64,000 bases of DNA from Schmidtea polychroa (taxonomy: Eukaryota), in the NCBI GenBank assembly GCA_044892525.1, contig CM097885.1, forward strand, positions 157,108,001 through 157,172,000. Direction: 5' to 3'. The position numbers and the translations under genes are program-made. Positions 12,390-24,743 of the stretch are shown piece after piece. The stretch's first letter is position 1, and every line of letters begins with the position of its first letter. The notes below the pieces were generated by a model. It did no database searches. It worked only from the letters and a program-made list of their open reading frames with translations, and was not told where the DNA came from.

Positions 12390-13475
12390 TAATTATTATT
12401 ATCAATAACTCAGATATTCGCGTATATACCATTAGTCATGAATGTATTATTAATTATATATGTTATGGTGATATCTATCGGTCGTATATATAAATGCTAT
12501 ATAAATTGTATATTATTATTATTCTCAGTAATTATTAATTATAAAAAATCAATATCCCGATCTAATATCGATTTAGGGATTTCCCCAAGAAATTAAATTT
12601 AGAATTAACCCTGTGATCCAATAGGAAGGATCAAAATTCTCGAAAGGTATTTTTAGTAACACCCCCCCTGGGAGAATGTCACCATCATTCGGGTCGCCTG
12701 GGGATATGGGTGAGGGGGTATGATCCACTACACAAGCTAATACCAAATGGATAATCAAACATACAATTGTTATTAAATTAACATAGACAAGAAACAAAAG
12801 AATTATTATAATTTTTATTCGAGCAATAAATTACCATGCACGATCTTTATGAACAAAAAATCATGATTCCTGACCAAGAATCGTAGGACGAGTTCCAGAA
12901 GCTGAACCTCGATATCTCCAGCTGGAAAGAATAATCATCAATTGTCCCTAAATTGAAATACATGATAAATGCATAAATTACCTTAATATATAAAAGATGC
13001 TGATCCCACTTATAACGAGTACAACCAGAGGAAGAGTAAGTGAGCAAGAGACTGAGCTCTTCACTAGTACCCATCGCCTGATGTACCCGCGGCTAGTGGA
13101 ATTATTCATAATTATTGAATTATCTGAAAAATTTAATATATATAAATTCAAATTACCAACTAGTGGTAATAAATTTTTTAGGATTAAAATAATAATTTAA
13201 AACAAAAGTAATTTTTGTGAAATTGTCGGTCGAGGCATAGATTTTCTAGCCTTAATGCTTAACTTTGATAAAATTCTTCTTTAATTTAACTAATTAAAAA
13301 GTATATCAATAAATTGAATCGAAAATTTTAGGTTAGAAACATTTATTTTAATTATAATAAATTTGGTAGTTAGAGTACTATTTGTTTTAAACAAGAAAAT
13401 TTTGTATATTTTATCGTAACGTCAATTTATAAGTCACATTGGTTATGCACGGGTCTTAATATTTATACTACAGGC

Positions 13476-13825
13476 ATGTCCCAATCAGATGATTTCAGCG
13501 ACGGAGAAGCCGATCGGCAAATGATCACCCGGCTCCGTACTCTTACATTTGGTACCGTATCCACGATTGGAATCGTGGATTGGACCTTGATAACTTCGGC
13601 CCAGTTATCCGAAGTGGCCATGAACCTGATGCCCCGGCGTGGGTGAAAACGGAGCCGGAGAACAATGCGCTACAAGAGGCCAGTGATGTAGAAGCCGCTC
13701 AGGTCCGGCTTAAGAAAATCGAGTTACAAATCCGGGCAAAGAGAGAGGGAGTGTCCCTGGAGGAACTTGAAGAAGCCGAGGCACCCCCACGAAAGAGAGG
13801 GAGGCCCCGCAAGCGCCAAACGTGA
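13476..13825 (+). CDS. Small AT-hook protein (probably one frameshift near the 5' end, or a spliced 5' end)
   Basis: Frame open 13493-13825: ...YSYIWYRIHDWNRGLDLDNF...WVKTEPE...RLKKIELQIRAKREG...PPRKRGRPRKRQT*. Contains AT-hook core KRGRPRK and psi-K-x-E motif VKTE. ATG 13476 (MSQSDDFSDGEADRQ) joins this frame if one A is restored in CAAATG. Confidence 0.55.
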
Positions 13826-14064
13826 TCGTTAGATGACAATTAACTTAACTTAGTCATTTCAATCATCGATTGCTTCCTAACTAAATCATAGGAATCATCT
13901 GGTGTTTGTTATTTAAATAAAGTATTTCTTGTAGTTTTGTAATTCAAGTAGGTGATTGAGCGAGTACAATAGTGTCGTAAGCGGTAAAGCACTAATGTTA
14001 ATTAATAATTTTATTACTTGTTTGTTCTAATTCTGTTTGGTATGAATGAAATTAATAACCTTTT

Positions 14065-14550
14065 ATGCTTTTAGTGTATAAATTAATGGAAAACCTGCGA
14101 CAAGATCGGGAGCAGGCCCAAAAACAAGCTGACGAACTCCGTGTCCGAGTTGATAAACTGAAAAGGAAGTGCCGGGAGTTTGAGGGGACCTGGTTTAGTC
14201 CCAAGGCAATGAAAAAGAAGACAGCCCAGATTCTCCAGCTACAGACACAAGCCGCCCAAGACCAAATGAAGATCCGCGCCCTAAAATTGCAGGTGCGCGC
14301 GCTCGAAACCGAGCGAAACGAGCAGTTTGTACAGGAAGCTGTGGCAAGGCAAATCCGGCCGCTGACCGTTGAACTGGCAGCGATATATCCTCCAGCCGCT
14401 GAAAGTAAACCTAAGCGAAAGCGGCTAGCACGGAACATCAGAGAGAAATTAAAGAAGGCCAGATTGGCCGAATACGAACGACAAGTCAATTCGTCAACAT
14501 TACAAGCGTCTACGACGGGGCTAACCAGCTCTACCAACAAGCCGATTTGA
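14065..14550 (+). CDS. EGTWFSP-family coiled-coil/basic protein, copy B (161 aa)
   Basis: Uninterrupted GC-rich ORF: ...LRQDREQAQKQADELRVRVDKLKRKCREFEGTWFSPKAMKKKTAQILQL...KPKRKRLARNIREKLKKARL. Alignable to 6924-7685. Confidence 0.65.
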   Translation: MLLVYKLMENLRQDREQAQKQADELRVRVDKLKRKCREFEGTWFSPKAMKKKTAQILQLQTQAAQDQMKIRALKLQVRALETERNEQFVQEAVARQIRPLTVELAAIYPPAAESKPKRKRLARNIREKLKKARLAEYERQVNSSTLQASTTGLTSSTNKPI

Positions 14551-14828
14551 ACTTTTATGAATTTCGTTTTGTATATTTTTGTAGTGTGTTTTGTATATTT
14601 TTGTAGTATTAAAATAATACATATTTTTGTAGTATTAAAATAATACATGATATATTTTATTATATGATTGCCTGAGGAATGAGAGTTTGTGTGTAAGGTT
14701 GGGAAAACAATTTCGATAAGGGACCTGAGGAAATCGGACATAAACCTTCTAACGGTAGTCCGTGAACCCATAGAGTACTCGACAATTATAGTGCCTCGAT
14801 GCGCTCACTTTTTGCGAGTACTCAACCC

Positions 14829-14869
14829 CTTGGTACAGTACCAACGTTGATTACTCAACGGGTACCAAG
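14829..14869 (+). other. Conserved two-stem structured motif, copy B
   Basis: P1 CTTGGTAC (14829-36) / GTACCAAG (14862-69). Loop AGTACCAA (14837-44). P2 CGTTGA/TCAACG (14845-50/14855-60). Single G 14861. Confidence 0.65.
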
Positions 14870-15980
14870 CGGAAAACAATATTGTATCCTGGGTTACGCT
14901 GGTAACAGCATAAAATCGTAATTATTCAACCACCAGTAACCCACCACATGTAAAAATATGTGGCGGGACAGTTGGGGTGCCTGTTCAAATAATAATAAAG
15001 TTAAAATATAAAATTAAACAAATTTAACAAACGATTTACAATTCTAACTTTTATTGAACAAAGAAACAAACAACCTGAGTTAGCTTCCTCGGTAGTACTT
15101 TGATTGATGAGAACGACAGGGTCTGATAAAATAAATAATTCAGAATGAATAGTTCGTTGATTGATTTGAAATATCACAGGAATGGAAGGAAATTCAATAA
15201 GAATGTATGATGTATTGATAAATTTTGAAGTACTCAAGTAATGTTCGCAGATTAAATTATTTCCTTTTGATTTTTAATCTTTCTATTTCTTGGATTTATT
15301 TTTTTTCGATTTTTTTATTTTCTATAGCGATAATTTACTATAGTAATTTTTTTTGGGCTATAGTAAATTTTACTATAGTAAATTATCGCTATATAGTCTT
15401 TTTAAATATTTCGTTATTTCGACCCTTCGTGCCAGAACCCAATGATAACGAAAGCCTAATTGGGATTTTACGATCGTTGATAAAAACCATAAAAATATAA
15501 CCATTTTGCTATCATTGATAAAAACCATAAAAATATAATAATTTACTACAATGTCTATCTCATTTTTGGTTAGAAATTATATAATTGCTTTTTAAGAGGT
15601 TGCAAAGCTATTAACTCTTCATGAATATATGTAAGTATTACATACTGATCTAGGAGGCTAACTTTTCAATATCCTCAATGTCAAAAACTAGGGAAATTCC
15701 CATTGCTATTTCATGTCTTTAGTTTGTTGATTTGCAAGATCTGCAGCCATTTTAGTCATTCTGTCATAAACTGTTTTTGTAGATATTGGGGTGTTCAAAG
15801 TGTTTATATATATTCTACCATGGCCAAAAATCATTTTTTGATATATTTACCTTATGCAAATATTTAATTTATAATATTTTTCTTTCTTATATAGAAATAA
15901 TAATAGATAGAAAAAAAGATAATAAGAAACATACGTAAATATAAATTTATGGGAGAATATTCTCTTAATAATATAGCATT

Positions 15981-16066
15981 TAAAAAATTGACTATGAATC
16001 GTAAAGATATCCCTGTTTTTTTTTGATATTCACGAATTTTCAACACGGCCTTTTTCAAGTGATTTT
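15981..16066 (-). repeat. Dispersed ~85-bp repeat resembling a Penelope-like terminal repeat
   Basis: Reverse complement reads CACTTGAAAAAGGCCGTGTTGAAAATTCGTGAATATC...GATTCATAGTCAA. Related copies at 24686-24743 and 31274-31446. Confidence 0.55.
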
Positions 16067-17969
16067 AATAATATAGGTTTATTTATTTTAAAGTACAAAA
16101 TAAATAATTAACATTCTTTTTTTGTTTTGCACATAAAGCTCGGTGGGTCGGTATATATTTACTATTAGTTTTAATATTCAAGTGTCTATATTTCTTTATA
16201 TTCTGAAAATCATAATGTCTCAGGGACTTAATTTTCATTTTATTCAATTTTGGTTTATCATCAAGGTACCAAAATGCAAATTAAATTTGGAAAAATGCTC
16301 TTGTATATAATAATTAAAATAATCCCGGGTTGCCGATCCATAGTATATAGCATTTGTCATAGATTATGGTGACAGACTGGTGATGGGAATAATATCCTTG
16401 AAATCTATTTCATCTGTTTGGCCTTTTAGTGTTTTTATTTTATATTACTTTGTATTATGTATATAGGAAAAAATTATAAACTTATTTGTTTTAATAAATA
16501 ATACAAGAAGACAAAAATGATTATATTTATAAAAATTATAGAAATTCCAAATATTCATAAATTATTATCAAATTTACAATATTAGTTTTTTTTAAATGTT
16601 GTAAAGTAAAGTTCGACATGTTGAAGTTGTTAAAGGTCTATTATAAAATTTAATTCTACAAAATTGATCCATTTCCTAATATTGTTGCCCATATTTAGAT
16701 TATTATTCACTTTTAATTTCGATTAGGGATTTTTTTCAAATATTCCATTTAAACAACTTACAATCGACGAAAAACAAGACAAATGTGACAAACTGTTAAA
16801 ACAATAATATCAAATTCTATTTTAATAGATTGGATCAAATGAAGTGTTGATCTGAATCATGAACATGCAGCTGTGATAATTATTGCAATCATGTGGCTAA
16901 TTTGCAAACATTTCCCAGCGGCTGCCGCTCTCGTCAACATTCCGAGCCATGTTACTAAAAGTTTTTCTTAATTAAAAAAATTGTTAGATTTGTAATTTTA
17001 TAATTTTTCTTGCGTAATTCAGATTTATTGACGTTTTTGTTTTAATATCACGTGGAAAATTAATTTTCCATTTCCTCAATCTATTAATATTATTATTTAA
17101 TTGGAATTATTATTCCGAATTCCCATTATGGTTTCAGGAAAACCTTATTTCTTCAAAATTTGAGCGACCTTCCCTCTAGGACAAGAGGATCTCTGCGTGG
17201 AAAGCCAAGATGCTCAGTATAGGCCGTATAACCAAATGTGCAAGTGCAACATTTTTACACTTCTGCACAATTGGTGACTTCGTAGTTGATGTTATATTTT
17301 AATTTCATTGCTGTTTTTATTTTAGAAAATTCAAATTAAATTCAAATAGTAAACATTTTGTTTGGTTTGGTGATTTTTGGCGTGCGCACTAGCTTGTGAT
17401 AACTCTGCGGGGCTTTCAAAAAAAATGCGCTTCTGAGCACACACGCAGTTTAGAGAGAACGTTGTTGATGAAGTTTGAAAATTATAGAAAAATTTAGAAA
17501 AATTATTTTAATTCATAAAAATAATAAAAAATATAAAAAATTTAATAGTAATCTTTTTTGAGGTTTTTAGCAGGTAACAAATGAAAAGATAAATACGAAT
17601 ACAATAATATAATTGCGACATAGGTATACTAATTAATTAACAAAATAATCACTTTATATGATAAACAAAATCCTTAAGTATGCATTTTCGCATTTTTTTT
17701 AATTGGGATAAAATAATTTTAGTTTATTCTTTAGTTTTCTGAAACATTTCTTATTTTTAGAAGTTAGCTACTATAAAAGAAAAGGGAAATTTTTAAAAAT
17801 CGAATTAGTGATAGTAGTAGATATGTTATCCTCGCTCAACCAAGATCACCCATAGTTAAATCCAACTCAGGCTTAAAATTCTTCAAATCAGACATAAAAT
17901 TATTATTATACAAGTTTTTAATTTTCTACCAAAATGTGACAACTCACTTATTTAAACAAATTCAGATAT

Positions 17970-19410
17970 CTAACTCTCTTCTTCATAAGAATTTTTCCAC
18001 TTCTTCAGCCACTCGATTTTTCTTTCCTTCGTTCCTTCTTGTGAATTTAGTTCGACTCGATGAGGTGATACAAATTTGATGATTTTATATGGGCCATCGT
18101 ATTGCATACCATCCTTGTGTCTGTTCTGCGCTTCTTTACGTACGAGTACCTCCTCCACCACCTCGAAAACACGAGTGCCCCTCTTTTCTTATCCATAGCT
18201 CTCATAGTGTCTGCGGCTTTACTCGAGCTAAATCGCGTCTTCGATTCTTTCGCTTCTTGATATCTCGGCTTGTTTCAGGTTAGAGTGTAGGTTAACACTC
18301 CGTCCATAAATTATCTCAAATGGTGATAAACCTGTAGCACTTTGTCGACTGCTATTTATAGTGTACTCATTTCTGCGTAGAAGTTCGTGCCAGTTTCTCT
18401 CTTTACATCCACCTGCCAATGTTGCTGTAATAAGATCTCTTATCGTTCGTATGGCTCTTTCGGCTAAACCATTTGATTAGTGCTGGTAAGGTGAGCTAAA
18501 TTACTGTTTGATTCCAAATTTCTGTAGCTTCTGTCTTAGGAAATTCCCTTCGAAATTGTGGCCTCTATCTGTTAAAATGCTCTTCGGTTTTCCGAATCGA
18601 TAGATCCAACTATTAGGTATCGTTTTGAAAATTGTCCCTTTGTCTTGCTTTGTGATTGCAGTTAAAGAAACCAGTCTGCTAAACCGGTCCACCATTACTA
18701 TCATATATTTTTTATGACGTTTATTTTCATGTAAGCCACATCAATAACAATCTGTTCTAAGAATTCAGAGTTATATCTAGTAATAAATGTTTCCTTGGTT
18801 CTTGTCCGATCGATCTTTCTCTTAGCACAGGTCTCGCAACATCGTAAACAGAGTTGGATTATTTCTTTCATTTTCGGTCTATAAAATATCTTTTCCATAT
18901 AATTAAATAATTTCTTAACTCCGATGTTCTTCATGTAGGCCTGCAGATATTTCTGGGATTAACATTAAAATATTTTTGTTCTTTTCTACTGTTATTAATC
19001 CTCCATCAATTCGTGTATTTTTTACGTTAAAAGGAAAACAATTTTTTTTTACCCGTGTTTATCCATTTTCCAATATCTCGAAACCAAATGTCCTGTTGTT
19101 GTTATTCCCATACTTTTTCCATAACTTCTGTTCTTTTGATTATATATATATATATATAATCTTTGATTTTTCTTCCATAGCTTCTTCATGTCTTGTTTGA
19201 AACTGGTTGGAAATCATCCATCTGCATTCGAGTGTTCTTCACCTTTCCGATATTTTAGTTCAAAATCATATTCCGACAGGTTAGCTATCCATGTTTGATA
19301 CTTCTAGCTTATTGGTGTTTTTGTAGTGTTTAAGAAAACCGATGCTTTGTGGTCGGTGCGAATTATTAATTTCTTCCCGTAAAAAATATTCTTTAAAATG
19401 CTTTATTAGA
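17970..19410 (-). mobile_element. Ty3/gypsy pol remnant (RNase H end plus integrase), frameshifted
   Basis: IIRTDH...WIANLSEYDFELKYRKGEEHSNAD; zinc-binding CETCAKRK; IVIDVAYM; VMVDRFSR; FGKPKSILTDRGHNF; ATGLSPFEIIYGR; GPYKII. Stop at 17970. Confidence 0.9.
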
Positions 19411-19645
19411 TGTTTGATTTCTTGAATTAATAACATTCATAATATTTCAAAACAAAATAAAACACAAAATCTCTCTTATTTAAACAATCTCTGTTTTTAG
19501 CTTTGAGGATATTTTCGCACGCACGACTTAATAATTGAATAGGCAATATTCGTACACAAGCATTCAATAAATATTTTATATTTTAATTTTTAATCATTCT
19601 TAAATATATTTAATTTACTATATTAATTTATAATTTTATTATCTA

Positions 19646-21353
19646 CTGTAAAATCCCGAGTATAAGTTGCAGCGCGTATTAGCTGCAGATGACATTTTTA
19701 TAAAAATGTATTTTTTAGTCCTATAAACCGCAGCACATAGTAGCTGCACCATTTGCGTTGAAAACACATGATTTTTAAATCAGCAACCTATCATTAAAAA
19801 ACAAATTTCACCGTGACAATAACCATTTTGTTTTAATCGTTTACATTGTTTACATTGTTTACATTGTTTATTGCACTGTTTTGAATCCTTGATTAAAATG
19901 GATAACGATTCTGAACAAAAACAAAAGAAACAACGAAGATCTTTTAGTTCAGCAAAGAAAAAAAGAAGTTATTGAATAAAGCTCGTCTGTTCGGAAACAT
20001 ACGGGGGTTGCAAGACGATATGATATTAATGAAACTGTTATTCGACGATGGATCGCCCAAGAGTCTGTTATCAAAGCAATGAATCCAAATCGAAGATCTT
20101 TGCGTGGTGGTAACGCTATATATCCGGAATTGGAAACGAAATTACACGAATGGATCCTAATTCAACGTGAACGAGAACTTCAAGTGTCGGTTGTTCGAAT
20201 TCGTTTACAGGCACAAGTAATTGCCAAAGAGATGAAAATTGAAGGATTTGTCGCGAGCTCTCAATGGACTGATAATTTCATGAAACGCAAGAATATTTGT
20301 GTTCGACGGCCTACCACGAAGCAACAATTACCGAAAGATTGGGAATTTCAGATGGCCAAGTTTAGAAGCACCATCGCAGATTTAAAGAAGGATTTGCCCG
20401 ATAATCAAATTGTTAATTTTGATGAAGTGTCCATTCAATGTGACATGCCTTTAGGGTACACAATTGAGACTAAAGGTGCCAAAGAGGTCCGAATTAAAAC
20501 TACAGGACATGAGAAAAAACGATTTACCGTCAATCTATGTGTTCTCAAGGATGGTACTAAACTTCCGCCATTTGTTATTTTAGGCACAAAGAAACATCCA
20601 AAGACTTGCATTCCTGAATCAAAGCTTGTTATTGCAGCTAATGGATCTGGGTGGATGAATCATGAAACTCTTGAGATATGGCTCAAGAAAGTATGGAAAA
20701 GTCGAATTACATTTCCTCCAAAGACACCATGGAACCAGGATCCAAAAGTACCATCATTGCTTTTATTGAAATATGCATCGCTCACATCTTGACAGTACTA
20801 CACTTGATAAAATTAAGAAGGAATCCAAAGTAGCTTTCATATCTGCCGGATTTACATCAAAGGTGCAGCCATTAGATCTTACTGTTAACCGTTCGTTCAA
20901 GTCAAAATTGCGCAAGAAGTGGGAGGATTGGATCATTAAAGAATATGAAAACATCAAACATACTAAGTCCGGAAATATGAAAGCAGCTTACTGGAATACT
21001 ATTTTCGAATGGATTGTTTCTTCTTGGGAAGATTTTAACCTTTCCACCATTTTGAATGGTTTTTATGTTGCATTCGGTGAAGACGACGATGTTCTTGAAA
21101 TTGAAGAAAATGAAATCAATGTGAACGAGTCTGATCCAAACATTGTAGAATTACTAGAAAATTTCACTTTTATTGACAATGAAAAGTGTGATGGTTTTGA
21201 GGAGTGTGATGTTGAAAATTGAAATAAATAATCTTATCTTCGATTTGAATTGTTTTTTAGTTGTATAAGCTGCACATCATATTAGCTGCAATTCAGAATT
21301 GTTGCCTTAATGTACGTATTAGCTTATGTTAGCTTATACTCGGGATTTTACAG
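19646..21353 (+). mobile_element. pogo/Tigger-family DNA transposon, full length, frameshifted transposase (19898-21222)
   Basis: TIRs CTGTAAAATCCCGAGTATAAG / CTTATACTCGGGATTTTACAG with TA both sides. CENP-B-type HTHs (VARRYDINETVIRRW; YPELETKLHEWI) and DDE_1 motifs NFDE and VQPLDLTVNRSFK. Frameshifts near 19970-20005 and about 20770. Confidence 0.93.
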
Positions 21354-21469
21354 TACTTTTATTATATTATTTAAATCTATTTAAAACTGGAAATCAGATA
21401 GTAATTCTATTTAATTACTTTCACATCCCCCTTTTTAAAGGCTTTAACTAATCTATGTTTCTTACAAGC

Positions 21470-22120
21470 CTTTTCCATTCCATATATATAATCTTTGATT
21501 TTCTTTCCTTGGTTCTTCATGTCTTGTTTGACACTGGGTGCAAATCATACTTTTTAATCTTGATAGACTATTTGCATTCTAGTGTTCTTCACATTTCTTA
21601 TATTTTAATTCAAAATCATATCCCGACAGGTTAGCTAACCATGTTTGGAACTGCGGACTGAATGGCGTTTTTGTAGTGTTCATGAAAACCAATGCTTTGT
21701 GGTCGGTGCGAATTTTGAATTGTTTTTCCATACAGATATTCTCTAAAATTCATGACGTATTCATGTACGCGAGCAGTTTTTTCCTGGTTACACAGTATCC
21801 CTTTTCATGTGATGACATATGTCTCGAGCCATAAGCTATGATAGATTCTTCTCCATCTTCTGTAATTTGACTTAAAACTGCACCAATGGCTCTGAAACTA
21901 GTATATGTGTCTAATATAAAAGTCCTATCTTCTCTTGGAAGATCAAGGATAGAAGCCTCGCACAACCGTCTCTTCAGAGTTTGGAAGCTTTCATTGCATT
22001 CTTTAGTCCAATTTATATCTTAAATGTTGTCAATGGATGACGCAGTGTTTTGCTAATACCCAGGTTACATTTTGTTTTAAATAGCTTCTAAATCCACAAT
22101 TGCGCCCAACCATGACAGGT
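21470..22120 (-). mobile_element. Ty3/gypsy RT/RNase H remnant related to 17970-19410
   Basis: FILDTYTSFRAIGAVLSQ...IAYGSRHMSSHEKGYCVTRKKLLA...KIRTDHKAL...WLANLSGYDFELKY. Sequence overlaps and resembles 19100-19400. Confidence 0.85.
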
Positions 22121-22599
22121 GCTTCATTTGTAGCTATTGAGATTATATTTATATGTCATATCGTTTTAATAAATGTATCCTCAGATATTTGTTTTGTTGT
22201 TATTATTGATATAATTTTAGATAATAATTATGGTATATAACTGACAAGCTATTATGTATGTGTCATGAATATTAAAAATATATAAAATATAAAATAACAA
22301 AAAAAATAATATGTAATACTATTAATAATAATAAAAATAGAAAATAAGTAAAATAAAATAAATAATTAATATAAATAAAATGAATTTAAATAAAAATATA
22401 TAATTAAAAAAATTCAAAATTAAAAAAAGAACTAAATAAATTAATTAATTAATCAAATTAAAATAATTAAAAAGAATTTAAATAAATAAAGAATTCATCA
22501 ATTACTATTATTTAGTAAGTAGTAAGGGGTACCAAAAAGTCCGCCAGTGGTGACACTATTATCTACTAACAAAGATTCAAGTGAATTTAGCTTAATACA

Positions 22600-24100
22600 T
22601 TTCTTTTGGTGCGCATAGCCTGAGTTTGACAAGAATGACTGCAGTCGAATACTGTACTATCTGAACTGTTTTGGAATTTCGAAAAACAGTTGTCGTTCAA
22701 CACAGCTTTATCACAAAAATTGTTAAAGTTTCAAAAACATGAAAAGATAAAAAGACAAATGTATAACACAGTTGGCCTGAAGTTAAGCGGTCAGTAAGAC
22801 ATAATGCAATAACAGTATTTTATGATAAATGTAATGGAATAATACAAGCATTAAAACAATTATTAAGTTCAAAACAATTAGCAAAAACTTGTTAAAAATA
22901 TGAGAATTTTGGAAATACATTCTACAAAATATTAGTATTATTAATTCAACTTTACAACAGGCTGCTATTGGATAATGAAAGTCTCAGAAAGCCTTTTATT
23001 ATATGTAAAAGTATGTGAAATAATTTCCTTGAGTTTGTAAATTCTACAAAAAAGCTTCCATCAACATCTAATATTTCATAGTGCAATAAATATTGACCCA
23101 ACCACAATCTGGGTTCCTCAAATAAATTTTTATTCAAGTTTTCTATGGGGTTATCAATAAATTATAGGGCTTACAAAACGAGATTCCATAGCCATGGAGT
23201 TGGTATAAAGAGACATTTGACATGACTCCACAATATCTCGTATTTATTTATCAATTCTTTTTTGTTAATTGTAAATGACACTTCTCTTTAGCCACTTCAA
23301 ATTAGTTTAGCTTACAATAATCCATCCAAACCTCCTTTTAATAGTATTAGAGAAACTAATATAACTGTCTGTTAAAATCAAGTCTCAATAATGTTATACG
23401 TATGACCTTTAAAAGAAATGGACTTACAGGGATCTAGTTTGAAGGCTGGACATGGCTGGTCATTATGCAGTAGAAGAAAACCATCAATGACGTCCAAAAT
23501 CAACTGCTTTGTTTTCCGAAAGAAGATGATTTTGGTGACCCATGTTCCAATAAAACCAAGAAGTAATTTTATTGTCAACAAAACACCATCATAACAAAAT
23601 TTACGTTGATCAACGAAAGAAATCATTTATAAACTTTTATTGAAATTCCAAAAAATAAGGAGTTGATACTTTGGACGACCTATGTCATGTCTTTTCTTCC
23701 AAACGGAAAACTAGGCAATGGCCAAAAGCCCAATTTTATGATATAATTGGTGGACTTATGTAGCAGCTAATATCGTTCGTCTCAATATTTATCCCGAATG
23801 GAATGATACAAAGCCGAATTATCGCCACAAAATTATCTGCGAAAATTTGATAGTTAGTGTTTAACATTCAAAGACGCACTTCTACAATTCTCTCAAAAGC
23901 TATGAGGAATTTAATGAATAAGGTTTTGTCTAAATAAAACTGAGATCGGCATCAGAATCAAATTCAACTAAGGCTTCCTCAGATATCCAAGTGTAGATGA
24001 TAGATCGAGACTTGCAAAACCTTTTATATTCTCTGTCAGTTGACGGCTTAGCAGATTGTTTTAAACATGTCAATAAAAGAATGGAAATTTTTACTTTTCT
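22600..24100 (+). mobile_element. Heavily decayed piggyBac transposase
   Basis: Plus-frame VILLSTKH...FY*NSKK*GVDTLDDLCHVFSSKRKTRQWPKAQFYDII (about 23560-23750) matches the piggyBac GGVD...RRWP catalytic block. Boundaries approximate; TTAA/CCC ends not found. Confidence 0.7.
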
Positions 24101-24685
24101 TAAAGATATAGTATAAAATATAACAATTAAAAGACTTTTAAATTTTCGACATTGCCAAAATCTAAATTTTCAGAGTTGCATTTTCTGCCAATTTATAATT
24201 AATCTGCGTATTTTATTTATGATTTACTTTATGTGAAATTTGATGACCTGATGTAATCTTTGAACTCAAAATTATATGTTAGAATAATAAGAACATTGTT
24301 GACAAGAATTAATTTCAAAAAAAAATTTTAAAATAATTATAAANNNNNNNNNNNNNNNNNNNNNNNNNNNNNNNNNNNNNNNNNNNNNNNNNNNNNNNNN
24401 NNNNNNNNNNNNNNNNNNNNNNNNNNNNNNNNNNNNNNNNNNNNNNNNNNNNNNNNNNNNNNNNNNNNNNNNNNNNNNNNNNNTAGTCGAAATTTCTTTC
24501 ATTAAATGCATTATTTGCAGCAAAAGGCTTTAATTATCATTTTATTGTTTTAAATAATGATAATAATAATAATTATAATTATTATTATAAGAACTTTTTT
24601 TTCTTCCAATTTCACCACTGATTATCTTTTCCATTGAATTCATTAAAAAGAGATTTTGAAGACTATAAATCAGCAAATATTTTCA

Positions 24686-24743
24686 AGTGAAAAGGCAGTG
24701 CCGAAAATTCGTGAGTATCAACAAACATCGATATATTACTGAT
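24686..24743 (+). repeat. Copy of the Penelope-like terminal repeat next to an N gap
   Basis: GTGAAAAGGCAGTGCCGAAAATTCGTGAGTATC...ATCGATATATTACTGAT, near-identical to 31371-31430. Gaps at 24344-24483 and 24744-24997. Confidence 0.6.

Noticed and set aside
11679-12493. Track ORFs containing long X runs (also 24272-25087)
   Set aside because: Artefacts of translating N gaps inside repeats.
13062-13098. Hairpin containing AGTACCCA (7/8 match to the loop)
   Set aside because: The motif overlaps the stem and the architecture differs from the two clear copies.
23378-23626. Minus-strand track ORF with FCYDGVLL, briefly suggestive of a polymerase motif
   Set aside because: It is antisense to a recognisable piggyBac catalytic block on the + strand.
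22600-24100. Alternative genetic code to explain many TAA/TAG in decayed ORFs
   Set aside because: The fibrillin, hAT and four-TM ORFs read without internal stops and end in TAA under the standard code; the decayed ORFs also have frameshifts.
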